Made by a program: the position numbers and the translations under genes. The notes beneath the pieces were generated by a model, which had not been told where the DNA came from, ran no database searches, and was given only the letters and a program-made list of their open reading frames with translations. 64,000 bases of DNA. It comes from Eledone cirrhosa. Taxonomy: Eukaryota. The stretch lies in assembly GCA_964016885.1 (NCBI GenBank), contig OZ024742.1, positions 66,774,001 through 66,838,000 on the forward strand, in the 5' to 3' direction. This document shows, piece after piece, positions 13,314 to 26,739 of this stretch. Position 1 is the first letter of the stretch, and every line of letters begins with the position of its first letter.

Positions 13314-14516
13314 AAATAATTGTTTCTACTTTAGGCACAAATAATGATTGCGTGATATGGTGGAATTGGTAGAAGGGGACAATATTTCGTTGTGTGACAT
13401 GATAGAATTCGTTGAATAGCATGAGAAATCCTACTGATTCTATTTCGTCTAATCCTTAGCACCTCCCCCCTTCCCCTAATAAAAAAAAGATAAGTTTCAA
13501 CCACAGAAGATATAGATCCTCTGACAACATGCTTCGCGGCATAGAGTCCCTATTCCGTCGTGGTTAGCTTTGCTTTTCATACTTATGGGATCGATAAAAT
13601 AATTTACCAGTCAGGCACTGGGTCAATTTAATAGATTTTCCCCTACACCAAAATTGCTGGCCTTGTACCTATAGTAAAAATCATTAATATTATGAATATT
13701 GCCGACGAAAGCGTAAGTCTTACGGCTCTGGGCTCCAAGTGGTTCGTGAATTTAAGTTGTTTATAGCCAAATAGCCGCTCTTATCCGGAGAACGTTCGGT
13801 CCAAAGCTCATGCTTAACATTCACAAATCCGTGACCTGGCAGTGCTACCTTGAACATTGCCAGTTTTAGATAATCTCTATAGGCATGGAAGTATGGTCAG
13901 ATGAGCTTGGACCGGATGCGCGTAGGGCAACGAAACCGTCATGATGTGTTTATGTCAAATGCATGCTTTTACGTGTTGGACGGATCTGGCCTTCAGGTAA
14001 GTCAATCCCGAAGACTCTCACGCCGCCTTTCTTTAGCCAGGATGGTGAGGCAGTGTTATAGATTCCTGGTAGTCTTTGCGAAAAAGGGCGTGTGCTGGAA
14101 ATGTCTGAAAGGGTTGAAGATAAGCATTTTTCTCTTCGGTAAAGTATTGATAAGCTTTTACAAGTTTAACCTGAAGATGATATCAGGGTGGAGAGAGAAG
14201 TGTTACTTTCCAACTAGTTTTCGTAAAAATAGGTGCTAGTGGCGAGCATGTACTGAATAAAGAAGTGACCCTGCTCTGAGTATGCCTTGTAGAGTGGAGG
14301 TGGACAACTGGGAGGGGGCACTTGGTGTCGTGGTCAGGATGATCTTGGCTTTTCACAGGCTTTCTCCGCCTATTGGGGAATGTGTTTTTGTTGGAATATT
14401 TTGCGTTTGTTTTACACGAAAACACACACATTGTACCGACATGTGCTGTCATGTACATAATTTTCTTAACGTGAATCCTGAGTCTGTGATTTAGAGATCA
14501 TTATTATATTGGCAGA

Positions 14517-14710
14517 AGGGCGGTGGATTGGCAGTATCGGTAGAGGGTCGGACGCTATACTTTGATGCATAGAGTTATGGCCCTTGCCTTTCTTAGTTCA
14601 AATCCCGCCAAGGTTAACTTTGTCTTTCATCCTTACGGGGTCGATAAAATAAAGTACCAGTAATACAGTGGGTATTTGCTGGCCTTGTGTCAAAAGTAGA
14701 AACAATTATT
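14517..14710 (+). mobile_element. tRNA-derived SINE (S1), near full length
   Basis: GGGCGGTGGATTGGCAGTATCGG...GTTCAAATCCCGCC...GGGGTCGATAAAATAAAGTACCAG...AGTAGAAAC followed by an (ATT) tail. Confidence 0.85.
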
Positions 14711-17639
14711 ATAATATTTATTTTTTATATTACCGATGGCAGTAACTGGGTATATTACTAATTACATTCCTACTTACATACATTAGTTACGGTTGGTTCT
14801 ATTCCATGTTCTAACATCTTGCAAGACAGACCTTACCCTCTAGATATACAAACAAAAATAACGAGAATGAAATCCTTCTACTGGAGCGTAGTCAAATCAA
14901 TCGACTATTTTTCAGCCTAAGGAATTCCTCGTGTTCTGAGAACATTATAAATCGATATTCATGTTATTCTTGCTCGTGTTGTCGTCGTCGCTCTTAGGAT
15001 TTGTCAATATTTTGACTGTTAATCTTGTTAGTTTAATTCTAATGATTACTGTTACTTTGGATTTTGCTGTGGCTGTTGTTATTGGAGCAAAATTTGTCTT
15101 AATTTATTCAATTTAGTCTACTTAATGAAAGGCCTAATCACCTAATTAACTACCATTCATGCTTAGCTAATACCAGTGCAATGGTTGTGGTTAAACCGAA
15201 GCATTCATACACACGGATGTTTACGGATGCGATATTTATACGTTCCATTGTGCCGCCTTCTTTTGTTCCTTTACGCACGCAAAAAACAATCACGTATAAA
15301 CGCCTGTGTCTGATTAATGTGCATGCGTGTATATGTGTATATATGTGTATATATGTGTACATGTGTGTTTGTGTGTATATATGTGTGTAATAGTCCATGT
15401 GTATGTATGTGAGGCGTGTGGTTTATAATTTTGGTATGTCTGACATGGCCGAGAGCATGATAATGCCAAAGAAGCTTCTCATTTTAATTCATAAATCAGA
15501 AAAAAAAATGAGTACATTGAGAACCGTTCTCATGTATAATCCTCTATGCTTGTGTGGATACACGTACCCGCCCCATATATATATATATATATATACATAT
15601 ACGAATGCATATATATATATATGTGTGTGTGTGCGTGTGTGTCTGTGTGAGCGTGTGTGTGTGCCTGTGTGTGTAATTGTATTTAAATAATTGAATGTAG
15701 TCATGAGGAAAATAAATTAGACTGATAACAATAGTATCGAATGTTCTGAACGTTAAGCACGTTATTAATATTGTTATGTAATAATAATCAATATACTTGT
15801 TTTATTTTGTAGTTAATAATGAATATAATATTGGCACGAGATCAAGCATTTGTTATAAGGCAAAGTCGACAACATCTCTGTACATGCCTGGTAGTCGAAG
15901 ACCTGGAAATTAAAATGTGTGCGGCAATGGTTTATATTAAGATTGAAGAGGCTTATACCAGCTTACTGTTTCTATTCCCCGAGCGATATGCTATCAATTA
16001 TATAACTTCTACAATTAATGGTGATTCTTAACACATGCAAAAGAGTATACATGTTTCAGATGGATTATTTTCATTAAAATTGACGAAATAATTGATCGTT
16101 GATGAACTTTTGTACACATGTAATTACCGAGGCTCCCCTCGGACTTGAGCGTGCAGAAAATCATATGTATAAGGATATAACTCAATAGCAATCACATCTG
16201 CAGCTTCACAGTCTCAGTATCACACATTATATAAATATTCCCTTTTATGTAGCTCATTCATTCTTCAAAGGTTTATATAAGGCAGTTGACTAACATAATC
16301 ATTAGTGATTGTTAAAATAAGTAATGCGATATTTAATCACGATAAAATAATTTCTAGGAAATCATTCAACTATTCCTAACTTTCAGACACGAAGCATGAG
16401 TTTGAACTTCTATTTTATTATTGTGTTTATCCATATAAACTCCTGCAGCTAGTGCTACACTTTCTAACTTTGAGAGCTTGCAATTACATGGGAAATTAAT
16501 ATTATTTGTATGGAATTGATCACCATCATGGAAATTGACAAAAAGATATATTTGTTCAAGCTGCTAGTTGCGGTCACAGAAGGCCGCAAATCTTCGTGTA
16601 TCACACCTACCTAATATCAAATGCTTTTTAACCATGACCATCACTTCATTCTAAGACGATTCCAAACTAGTATTATCTAGTGTAGCTTTGCATTTTAAAA
16701 CATTCGGTGTTTTGAAGGTCTGTTTTTCTCAATTTTCTACACGGTAAAATATCTTCAGAGTGACTCCCACGCTGCATTCCAGTTAAATACTAACATGAGA
16801 CTTTTATACACCCCACTATAAGCAAGGGTATAATTGCCTTGAAATAAGGAGTCATTTACTGGTTCTAGTCACTGTGCTGTATTCATGATCTAATACCATC
16901 ATCTATGATCCTGTAGATTTCATTCTGTTTACTTTTAATGTTATTAGTTGACAGGCGTAACCTGAAGCACCTGACACGTTATCACATGCCTGATGTATCG
17001 TACTGATGATCGCTATCATGTACTGTAGATTAATCCTCCAGCTCAAATTTAATTTAATGTTTTCCTTTACTCCATTCCTATCCTATATATATACAGTGGT
17101 TGACTTAAGTACTCCTCTCTTAGATTCCTCTTATTGGCGCATTTCAATTACAGGACATATGGAAAATAGAAACACTCAATAATTATTTTATTGTATATGT
17201 AAACACGTGTATTGAAAAACATTTAGTATTTGAGGCTGGTCATGTAATAAATATTCCAAAACGTTTACTGTGGGGGCTTTCAAAATATGAATACAAAAAT
17301 CAAAGCTGATAACTCCATAGCTATCAGCTGATCGAAATGTTCGGAAATCAGTGGATAATGATGAATATTGTTTCAAGATCTAAACCCGACCAGGTTGAAT
17401 TTTTCTAATAAATACGTAAGATAATCTTACATATTCGAACTATTTAACCCACCGTATTATATATGGGATGCAGGTTACTCTGGTAAATATGCAGGACGCT
17501 TCTCTGAGGTATATTCCATCACACCTATTGTTAACAGAGTTATTTCTATGTTGCTTCAATGCAACCCAGCAGTAGTTCATTACCTTTTACAGTGAGATAT
17601 CAGTGAGTAACAGAGTTTTAACAGTGGATGTCAAGTCTT

Positions 17640-17885
17640 TTGTCTTCTTGTCCACTTATTCCTTAGAGGATCATGGAGGCAGAGTCCTCAAACACACCTT
17701 CCAGCGGGTCTTGACAGAAGTAACCGTCTCCATCTGATCCGGCTGGATCCCCGAGCGAGACCAGCCAAGCCCATGGATGTTATCCAACCAGCCTGCGCGG
17801 TTCTACCCCTGAGTCTCCTGCTGTTTTGTTTTGCACGTAAAATCTGTCCAGCGATTCTTTCCTGAGATATTCTAACCACATACCC
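17640..17885 (-). mobile_element. RTE-type LINE 3' fragment
   Basis: VVRISQERIAGQIL...RRLRGR...W resembles the RTE ORF C-terminus (GHVxRM..RI.K......G.R.RGRP..W). Confidence 0.55.
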
Positions 17886-18743
17886 AGTTAGGACTTTTGT
17901 TATTCAGGAATATTTACCCCCACAAATGCCATATCAAATTTGTCTTTATCAGATGAGAGGGTCTCATTAAATGGGACTGTGGCTTCTACTGATAAATAGT
18001 CGAAGAGCAATGAAGCTGCTACTGTTTGGTTCGTTCAGTTTGGTAAATATTAAATGTTGAATTTGATGGACTTTATGTTGGAGTCAAAGTGCTATTAATA
18101 TCTCATGTTGGTAAAATGATTTAGGTTTGATAGGTAATATATTAGAATCATTGTGATGATTAAGTAGCAGTGTCATGAGATTAAAGCTGCAATTAATCAC
18201 AGAATCTCCATTAATGTATTCGTAAATAATGTATTGACGAGGAAAAAAAAGCCAATAGGCTCTTCAATTAAATATGATTCTTAGTTACACTTTATGAAAG
18301 TTTTATGGCAAAGCACGATTTGGACACGAGCTATCTCTATCAATATAGGCATATATTGGATGTTCAATAAGCAAAACGTGACATTATAGAATTATATCTC
18401 ATGCCAAGTTTGTATCTGGTTCCTGTTTCTGGAAGTCTATTTTTTACTTTTTAATTAATTGGCTATTGCATTATTTGTTCTCCCCGCAAATTTATTCAAT
18501 CTTATCAAGTAAATATATTATCAGTTTTTATAACCAATTCCATATCTGCAGAAGTAAAAAGAAAAAGTAGTGTACACACACAAGCACAACTACGCACAGA
18601 TACACCCTCAGACACACAGACACACACACCTACATATATATAATATGTTATATTATATTGTATTATATTGTTCAGAATCAATATTATCAACGAAAAACGT
18701 ATAATCTTTACTTTGATGTACACTGAATAGTTTATACACATAT

Positions 18744-18779
<36 letters not shown>

Positions 18780-19649
18780 GGTGGGTGTGTGGGTGTGCAT
18801 GTGTGTGTGTGCTTGTATGTGTGTGTGTGCGTGTGTGTTTATCTGCAAACAGTATAATCTCAGTATAAGAGAGTGAGAGAGATTATACTGTTTGCAGATA
18901 AACACATATATATATATATATGTGTGTGTGTTAAATCGACACTTTTTAGTTGACACTATGTATGCATATGTATCTTCGTATCATACAACTGTGAGTGTGT
19001 GTGTATATGTTTATGCATATATATATGTGTAGTGGCATTAGATGTTTTCTCAATATTTCTTTACATTGCTTGGTTACGTGTTGTGTATATTAAACATGAA
19101 AAGATGTGGAATTCTCCGCCAGGCAAAGTGAATTAGTTTTTCAAGCAATTCTTAACAATGATTTAAACTCTTTCTTTATTTGATAAAATATGAGGTTGCA
19201 TAAGGGATATGGAGAGAGAGCACGTGTGTGCCTTTTCCTGAAATACATGGTGTGTGGATAGTTGCGAAAAAGTTACTGTGCACCATTTGCTTTGGCAAAA
19301 CTCTTAGAAGAGAGCAAAATAGACGCATTATTACGTCGTCTGCTATTTCCTATGTTGTTTAGATTCTTCACAATATTGCCAGCGCTCTGCAATTTATTCT
19401 TAATATTTTGACTAGTAATTCAGAAATTATCGTTTTAACATACATAAATAAAAAGGTATTAACATTCAGTAAAGCATGACCCTACAGAAGATTATTATTG
19501 CTTATTTTCAAGGAATTCTAATATTCAGGTACCCAATAAAACAAATACGTCAAACAATAAGTAACACCAAAGACGTCAAATGTATCTACAGCTGCACAAA
19601 TAATTCGGACGCATTTAAAAGACGTAGCAATGTCGATGTTGATTAGTCA

Positions 19650-19930
19650 CACAGCCTAATGGGTAGGATGCTTGACTTACGATCATAATGTTATGGGTTC
19701 GATTGCTGGACAAGGTGCTGCGTTGTGTTCTTGAGGAAAACACTTTATTTCCCACTGCTCACGTACACACAGCTGAGAGAGAGTGCCAGCAATATAGGAG
19801 TTAATCCTGCGATAGGCAGGTGTCCTGTCCAGGTAGACTATTTTACTATCAGTCGCTTAGCACGAAGGAAACCAGGGATAGGCGCATGCGTAATAAGCCT
19901 TCGGCTTAAAAGTCACTTTAACAAATGCCA
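19650..19930 (+). mobile_element. tRNA-derived SINE (S2), degenerate
   Basis: GGTTCGATTGC...GTGTTCTTGAGGAAAACACTTTATTTC matches 4693-4900. Confidence 0.6.
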
Positions 19931-20934
19931 GCCACTGACACATAACACTCTTACATCGAATACTAAACCCTGTTTAAAGATGTACCATATTTAAAGGTAA
20001 TGGCAATATATAATATGATAGCATGTGAAATTGCTAATTGGAAGATTAAATGTCCAGAAAAATATAATTGATTTAACCTGGAATCATACAAAACATTAAT
20101 GTTGTTTGTAACACAGTTAACTAACACTTTTACCGTCAATAACCAAACAATTTTCGAAAAATTATTGATATCATAAACTAAAAAACTACCTATGGGAATA
20201 GCCATCTATTGTTGTGGCAACACATCTAGATATATAGAAAGGAAGTTCAAATGTGAATCAAGAGAAACATCTAAGAAAGAGAGGCCCTATTTCATAGTTG
20301 AGTTATCATTTCTCCGCAATGCCGGTAGGCACTAGTCACACCAGCTGACCGGTGTGAGTACACACACACACACATATAAATATAAATATATATATATATT
20401 AGAAAGTGTGGTTTTTTTAACAAAATGAAAAATAACCGAGGTGTCCTACACGAGTGAAAGTATAAAGAAAAAAAGATGAAATCGATATTGCAACTGGAGT
20501 CTTATTTTAAAAAAAAACAAAAAAAATGTATTTGATTCCTTTACCGGTTTCGCAGATGGAGGGTCTGTGGTTTTTCTCTCACACACACACATATATATAT
20601 ATATATATAGAGAAATTTCGTATTTCTAAAGAAACACGGTATGTTTACAGGTAAACATTTAGGAAGCCATAGCTATGCAAGAAGCACCGGAGCTAACGCC
20701 CTCTGGTTGTGTCCAGCAGAAGCATGGGGTACAATCTACGATGCATTTAGGACTTAACAGCTCCCCATCAGGACAATCTTTCCCACACTATTCTTGTATA
20801 GGTTGAACCAACTATGCAGCTTCATATGCAAATCAGATTAATCACATCATTTACACAGACGAGAAAACTATATGTTCTCGACTGTTTTCAAGTCCAGCAG
20901 TTGCAAGTCTGGGAGTGATCATCCTGATGAGGAC

Positions 20935-21017
<83 letters not shown>

Positions 21018-21157
21018 CATATATATGTGTGTGTTTGTGTGTGTATAATAGCTCTACATTTCATCCTTATGTGGTCGATAAAAGTACCAGTAATGCAGTA
21101 GGTTATTTGCTAGCCTTGTGCAAAAAGTATAAGCAATATTATATATAAATATATATA

Positions 21158-21978
<821 letters not shown>

Positions 21979-22324
21979 CCTTCTCTTACCTCGTCGGGAA
22001 TGCTTCATAAAACTAAAACACAAAAATCACAGACATCCATCACGGCCGCTGTTTTCAACAATCAACGGAGAATACTCATCTACTTAACTTAGCGTTAAGT
22101 AGATGAGAAATAGTGTCAGAAATATTAACAACAATAACAAGTAAGACTATATTACAAAATACTACTATTAAAAATAATAAAACCATTATTAGCAATAATA
22201 AAAAAATCTTGGAATAAAATTAAAATCTAAAATAATAAATCGTAGCTTATTAATCATCTTTCTATATATTACTTTTTACTATACTTGTCCATTTGATTGT
22301 ATATATATATGTGTGTGTGTGTGT

Positions 22325-22416
<92 letters not shown>

Positions 22417-22597
22417 GTGTGCGTGTGTGTGTGTGTGTGAGCGTGTTTGTATATATATTTTGTGGGATAATCGATAGCCATCAAAGCCATATGAGTATTG
22501 ATTAAAAAAAAGAAATAGAAAAAAACATAAGATAGGAGTTAAAAGGGAATTGTGTGATAATGAAGACTGAATACATTGGAATAAAAAAAATAGTATT

Positions 22598-23050
22598 AAT
22601 GGTTTCTACTGTAGCCACAAGGCCAGCAATTTGATGGGGAGGGGGAAAGTCGATTGAATCGACCCCAGTGCAATACCGGTACTATATTTTATGGACTCCT
22701 TAAGGATGAAAGGGAAAGCTAACATCGACGGGAATTGAAATCAGAACCTAAAGGACCGTAATTCTATGGTGTCTGATTTAGGCAGAAGGCCAATAATTTG
22801 GGGGGAAAAGGAAAGTCGGTTAAATCGACACCAGTGCATTACTGTTACTTTATATTATCGATCCCCGTAAGGTTAAAAAGCAAAGAAAACCTCGGTGAGA
22901 TTTGAAATCAGAAGGTAAATGGCCTTAACTCTATGTCACTAAGCATATTGTCCGTCGCTCTGCACTACTCTAAAAAAATGATAATGGTTTCTAATTTTGG
23001 CACAAACCAGCAATTTTTGGTGAGGAAAAGAGAAGTCAATAATATTGAAC
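22598..23050 (-). mobile_element. cluster of 2-3 tandem S1-type SINE copies
   Basis: Repeated AAGGCCAGCAATTT...GTCGATT.AATCGAC.CCAGTGCA...AAGG.T.AAA.G.AAAG units. Confidence 0.7.
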
Positions 23051-23056
23051 TCCCTG

Positions 23057-23725
23057 TACCCTCGGATCCCAAAATAATAGGGGATTTGGAATAAGCAGGG
23101 GTGGTGTAAAAAACGGGGGAGTTGGAATAAGTGTGAGGGGTGGAATAATCGAGGGTGGTGGAAAATCGATAATTTGTCTAGGTTGTATCCATTGATTGTT
23201 TTATTTTAAAATCAGAATTAGTCCGTTTAGTTTACATATTGAGAACACAACCAATGCTAATATTTTGCAATGTATGGGATTTCTTATAATATACTTTTTT
23301 GTTATGATAATGTTTTCTAACGTCTAAAGTAAATTAATTGTCGCAAGAATGCTACCATGTAAAATAAAATTTCGCCGAAGATAGATTAACAAAATTTAAT
23401 AAGCAGGGTTTGTGTGGATGGAATATATTTACTGTACATACACATACATACTCTCGGCTCTCGTGTAATACCCGCCCCACCTTACTTAATACTTTTTCAA
23501 TTCTTTTCCACTAACACACCGCACTTATTCTAACCTGCCGCTTATTAAATTTTGTTAATCTAACTCGAGAGAAATTTTATTTAAAGTGGTAGCTTTCTTG
23601 CGACAATTAACTTTCTTTATACATAAAAAAACATTATACCCGACAAAAAAAAAAGTACATTAATAGAAATATCATATCTGTTTATTCCACCCCACCCTCA
23701 CCCTATAATTTAGGACGCGAGAATA
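23057..23725. mobile_element. foldback/MITE-like DNA transposon remnant
   Basis: Termini TACCCTCGGATCCCAAAATAATAGGG / CCCTATAATTTAGGACGCGAGAATA are inverted. Internal inverted repeat at ~23290-23407/23533-23660. Confidence 0.6.
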
Positions 23726-23769
23726 TACATATTTATGCCTATCTGTACGCATATATACACATATATCTA

Positions 23770-23996
23770 CAGGGGCGATGGAACCATTTCTGAAATGGGC
23801 TGCCAAATTAGGTCAATTTAGTTTTATTGATTAGTTTACCTCTTTGCAATCTTAAATGGTATGAAAACTTCGATATGTGATAAACAACATAAATTGTAGC
23901 GCGTATACGAATAGATGAGTCTTGGCAGTTTGGGGAGAAAAAATATAATCATTGGGGGGCCATGACCTCGCTGACCTCACTGTTGCGCCGCCCCTG
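23770..23996. mobile_element. short MITE with CAGGGGCG/CGCCCCTG termini (hAT-like)
   Basis: 8-bp perfect terminal inverted repeats; no clean 8-bp target-site duplication seen. Confidence 0.45.
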
Positions 23997-24065
23997 ATCT
24001 ATACACACTCACACAAGTTATCTGTTTCCAATATATGTCATAGGCTGAGTATTATTATAGATATA

Positions 24066-24896
24066 CTAGCAAAAGTACCCGGCGTTGCTCGGGTATTAAA
24101 TAGCAGTTAGGTATATCATTTATGTCAATACTTCTGTGCTGCTTCGAAAACTATACTTTTACAAAATCTTCGGCTTTTTCCAAAAGGGGGTTCCTGCTCC
24201 TACTCAATATGTGCCAATTCTGAGAGTTCACATTCATAGCTCCATTCAGTTATGACGTTTTGTTGCATTGCACTGCTTCCAAGAAAGCGGTTAAAGGGGG
24301 TTATCTGACGGGAGGCCCTATAATCAATATCTGGAAAAATGAAAGTGTCCAGATCATCCGGAGTACATAAGTAACCTATGTCTTAAGTTTGGTGAACATG
24401 CTGTAGAAATGCATAAGGTTTACACACGCACACGGGCGCGCATTTGTGTGTGTGTTTGTGTGTCTGTATGTATTTGTGTGTGCGTATGTATATGTATGTG
24501 TATGTCCGTACACGCATACGTATGTACTGGCCTAAATCTTCACTATTTACTTTTACTATTTTAATAACCTCTGTCATTTTCGTTTACAATTTTATTTACA
24601 TCATTCTTAAAATGCTGGGCTGGAAATCATTCGGTTATTTTAAATAGAACATTAGTCTAACGACTCCATTTATACCATAAACTTGCATGAAATTGTTCTT
24701 CTCGGTCCACATAACGACGTATTATCCTCGCTTGTTTTCCGTTCATTGCCAGGGAACGTCTTCACGAACCAAAATATCGTCTTCCTGTTTTCCATCGGTT
24801 GCAATGTTTCTCGAAATATTTACTTCTGCGTTCACAGATTGAATTTTTTTATGTGAAAGCAGGCGATTCTTTGCTTAAACTTTAATCTGTTATTAT

Positions 24897-24987
<91 letters not shown>

Positions 24988-25220
24988 AGAAAGGGAGAGA
25001 GAGAGATGCGACTGCTGTGAGTGTGTGCGGACATAAATATATATAACACACACAGTCACAATACATCTTGTTTGAATGAGAGAAAGAGACGTAAGGTTGA
25101 GGAAAGGGGGGAGTTGAACAGTGTGTAAAGAATAGATAAATAAATAAAAGTTAAAGTTCCTCACTCTCTCTCTTTCTTTCTCAACTCCTCTCTCCCTTTT
25201 TCTCATACCCTCTCTCTCTT

Positions 25221-25277
<57 letters not shown>

Positions 25278-25793
25278 ACCCCCTCCCTTTCTTCCTCTAC
25301 AGAATGGAGAACAATAAAGAACGCGCAGATCTCTCTCCCTTTCTCTCTCTCTGTTTTTATATATATATGTGCGTTTGTGTGTGTGTTTGTGTGTGTGTGA
25401 ACCAGCGTTCCTCGCCATTCTCTCTCTCTCTTTCTGAATATCTTTTACCTCTCTCTGTATAACGGGCTATCTCACTCTCTCTCTTTACATCTCCCTTTCT
25501 CCCTTTAGATGTATATGTATATATATGTGTGTGTGTGTGTGTATCAATGACGTGTTCGTCAGAATATCGTTATGCAGACAGCAGACATACAGACACATAT
25601 TATAAGGGCTCGACGGAGATCGATAACACCCCTTTAACAACAGCAAATTGAAAAATAAAAGCTGCAGTTAGTATCTCTAGACCGCAAGGAATATATAAAT
25701 GCAAGTTTAAAGTCAATCGGAGTAGAAATGTGGATTTGTATAGACTTTGCAAAAATGAGGACACACAGACAACATCAGTGTTATATATATAGA
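24066..25793 (-). mobile_element. non-autonomous Helitron (unit 3 of tandem array)
   Basis: Minus-strand 5' end TCTATATATATAACACTGATGTTGTCTGTGTGTCC at 25793. 3' hairpin ACCCGAGCAACGCCGGGT then CTAG|T at 24066. Confidence 0.75.
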
Positions 25794-26736
25794 CTAGCAG
25801 AAAAGCACCCGGTGTAGGTGTTGGAGGTGTTGGAGGTGTTGGAGGTGTTGGAGCTATATATATACATATATTTATTTCACTTTGAAATAAATATATGTTA
25901 ACGAAAAAGGAGAAAATAAATAACTGGCGGTTAGAAAAACATATTCCTATGAAATGTTAATTATACCATTAGGTGTGAATAAGGAAATATTTTTTTATTG
26001 TCAAAACAAATGTTCAAAAGTTAAACTTCAATTTTTTGAATTATTTTCAATTTTTTCATGAAATTGAACACTGGACATTGGCTGCTGCAAATGGAAATTA
26101 AATCGTATTTAATTGTATTTAAATTTCTAACCTTATTTTATTATTTATATTTTTTCAATAAGAAATAAAAAAAAACAACAAAAAGAATTGAAGGAAAAAA
26201 TTGAAGAAATCAAACGTAGGTTATGGAACTGCGCAATCTGATTAATAAATTACCTCATCAGCAGCAACCTTCTTCAAATGGTCCTTATTATCAGCAGCAA
26301 CAACCACAAATTCAATGGCAACCTTCTTCAAACCACAAATTCAATGGCAACCTTCTTCAAATGGTCCTTATTATCAGCAGCAACAACCACAAGTTCAATG
26401 GCAACCTTCTTCAAACCACAAATTCAATGGCAACCTTCTTCGCATGGTGTCAAGTCAGAACCGCCTCGAACTGGTTACTTCTGGCTTGTGCAAGGTGTTT
26501 CTATAGCAACCAGCGATTCCCTCGGCCTCAATGACCAAAGTCAGTGGAGAGGGGAAGGTAATGTTTCTGTAGCACGTGTTTTAGCGTCTATTCACTCTCT
26601 CTCTCTCCCTCTCTCCCTCCCGCTATCCCCCTCTCGTAGTCTGTTTCTTTCTTTCACTCCCACTCTCTCTCTACGCACGTGTTTCCACTGTCGGACAGAC
26701 AGACAGAGAAATTGTTGGTTATATATTATAAGGAGA
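25794..26736 (-). mobile_element. non-autonomous Helitron (unit 2 of tandem array)
   Basis: 5' end A|TCTCCTTATAATATATAACC...TCTGTCTGTCTGTCC at ~26736; 3' end CCGGGTGCTTTTCTGCTAG at 25794. Confidence 0.7.
26262..26441 (+). repeat. composite tandem repeat (54-bp and 29-bp units, ABAB)
   Basis: CAACCTTCTTCAAATGGTCCTTATTATCAGCAGCAACAACCACAAATTCAATGG alternates with CAACCTTCTTCAAACCACAAATTCAATGG. Confidence 0.9.
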
Positions 26737-26739
26737 TGA

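Noticed and set aside
13690-14500. GC-richer segment with several short ORFs
   Set aside because: Probably a decayed transposon, but no diagnostic motif could be assigned.
26262-26441. CRISPR-like repeat-spacer appearance
   Set aside because: The spacers are themselves repeated, the context is eukaryotic and there are no cas genes; it is a composite tandem repeat.
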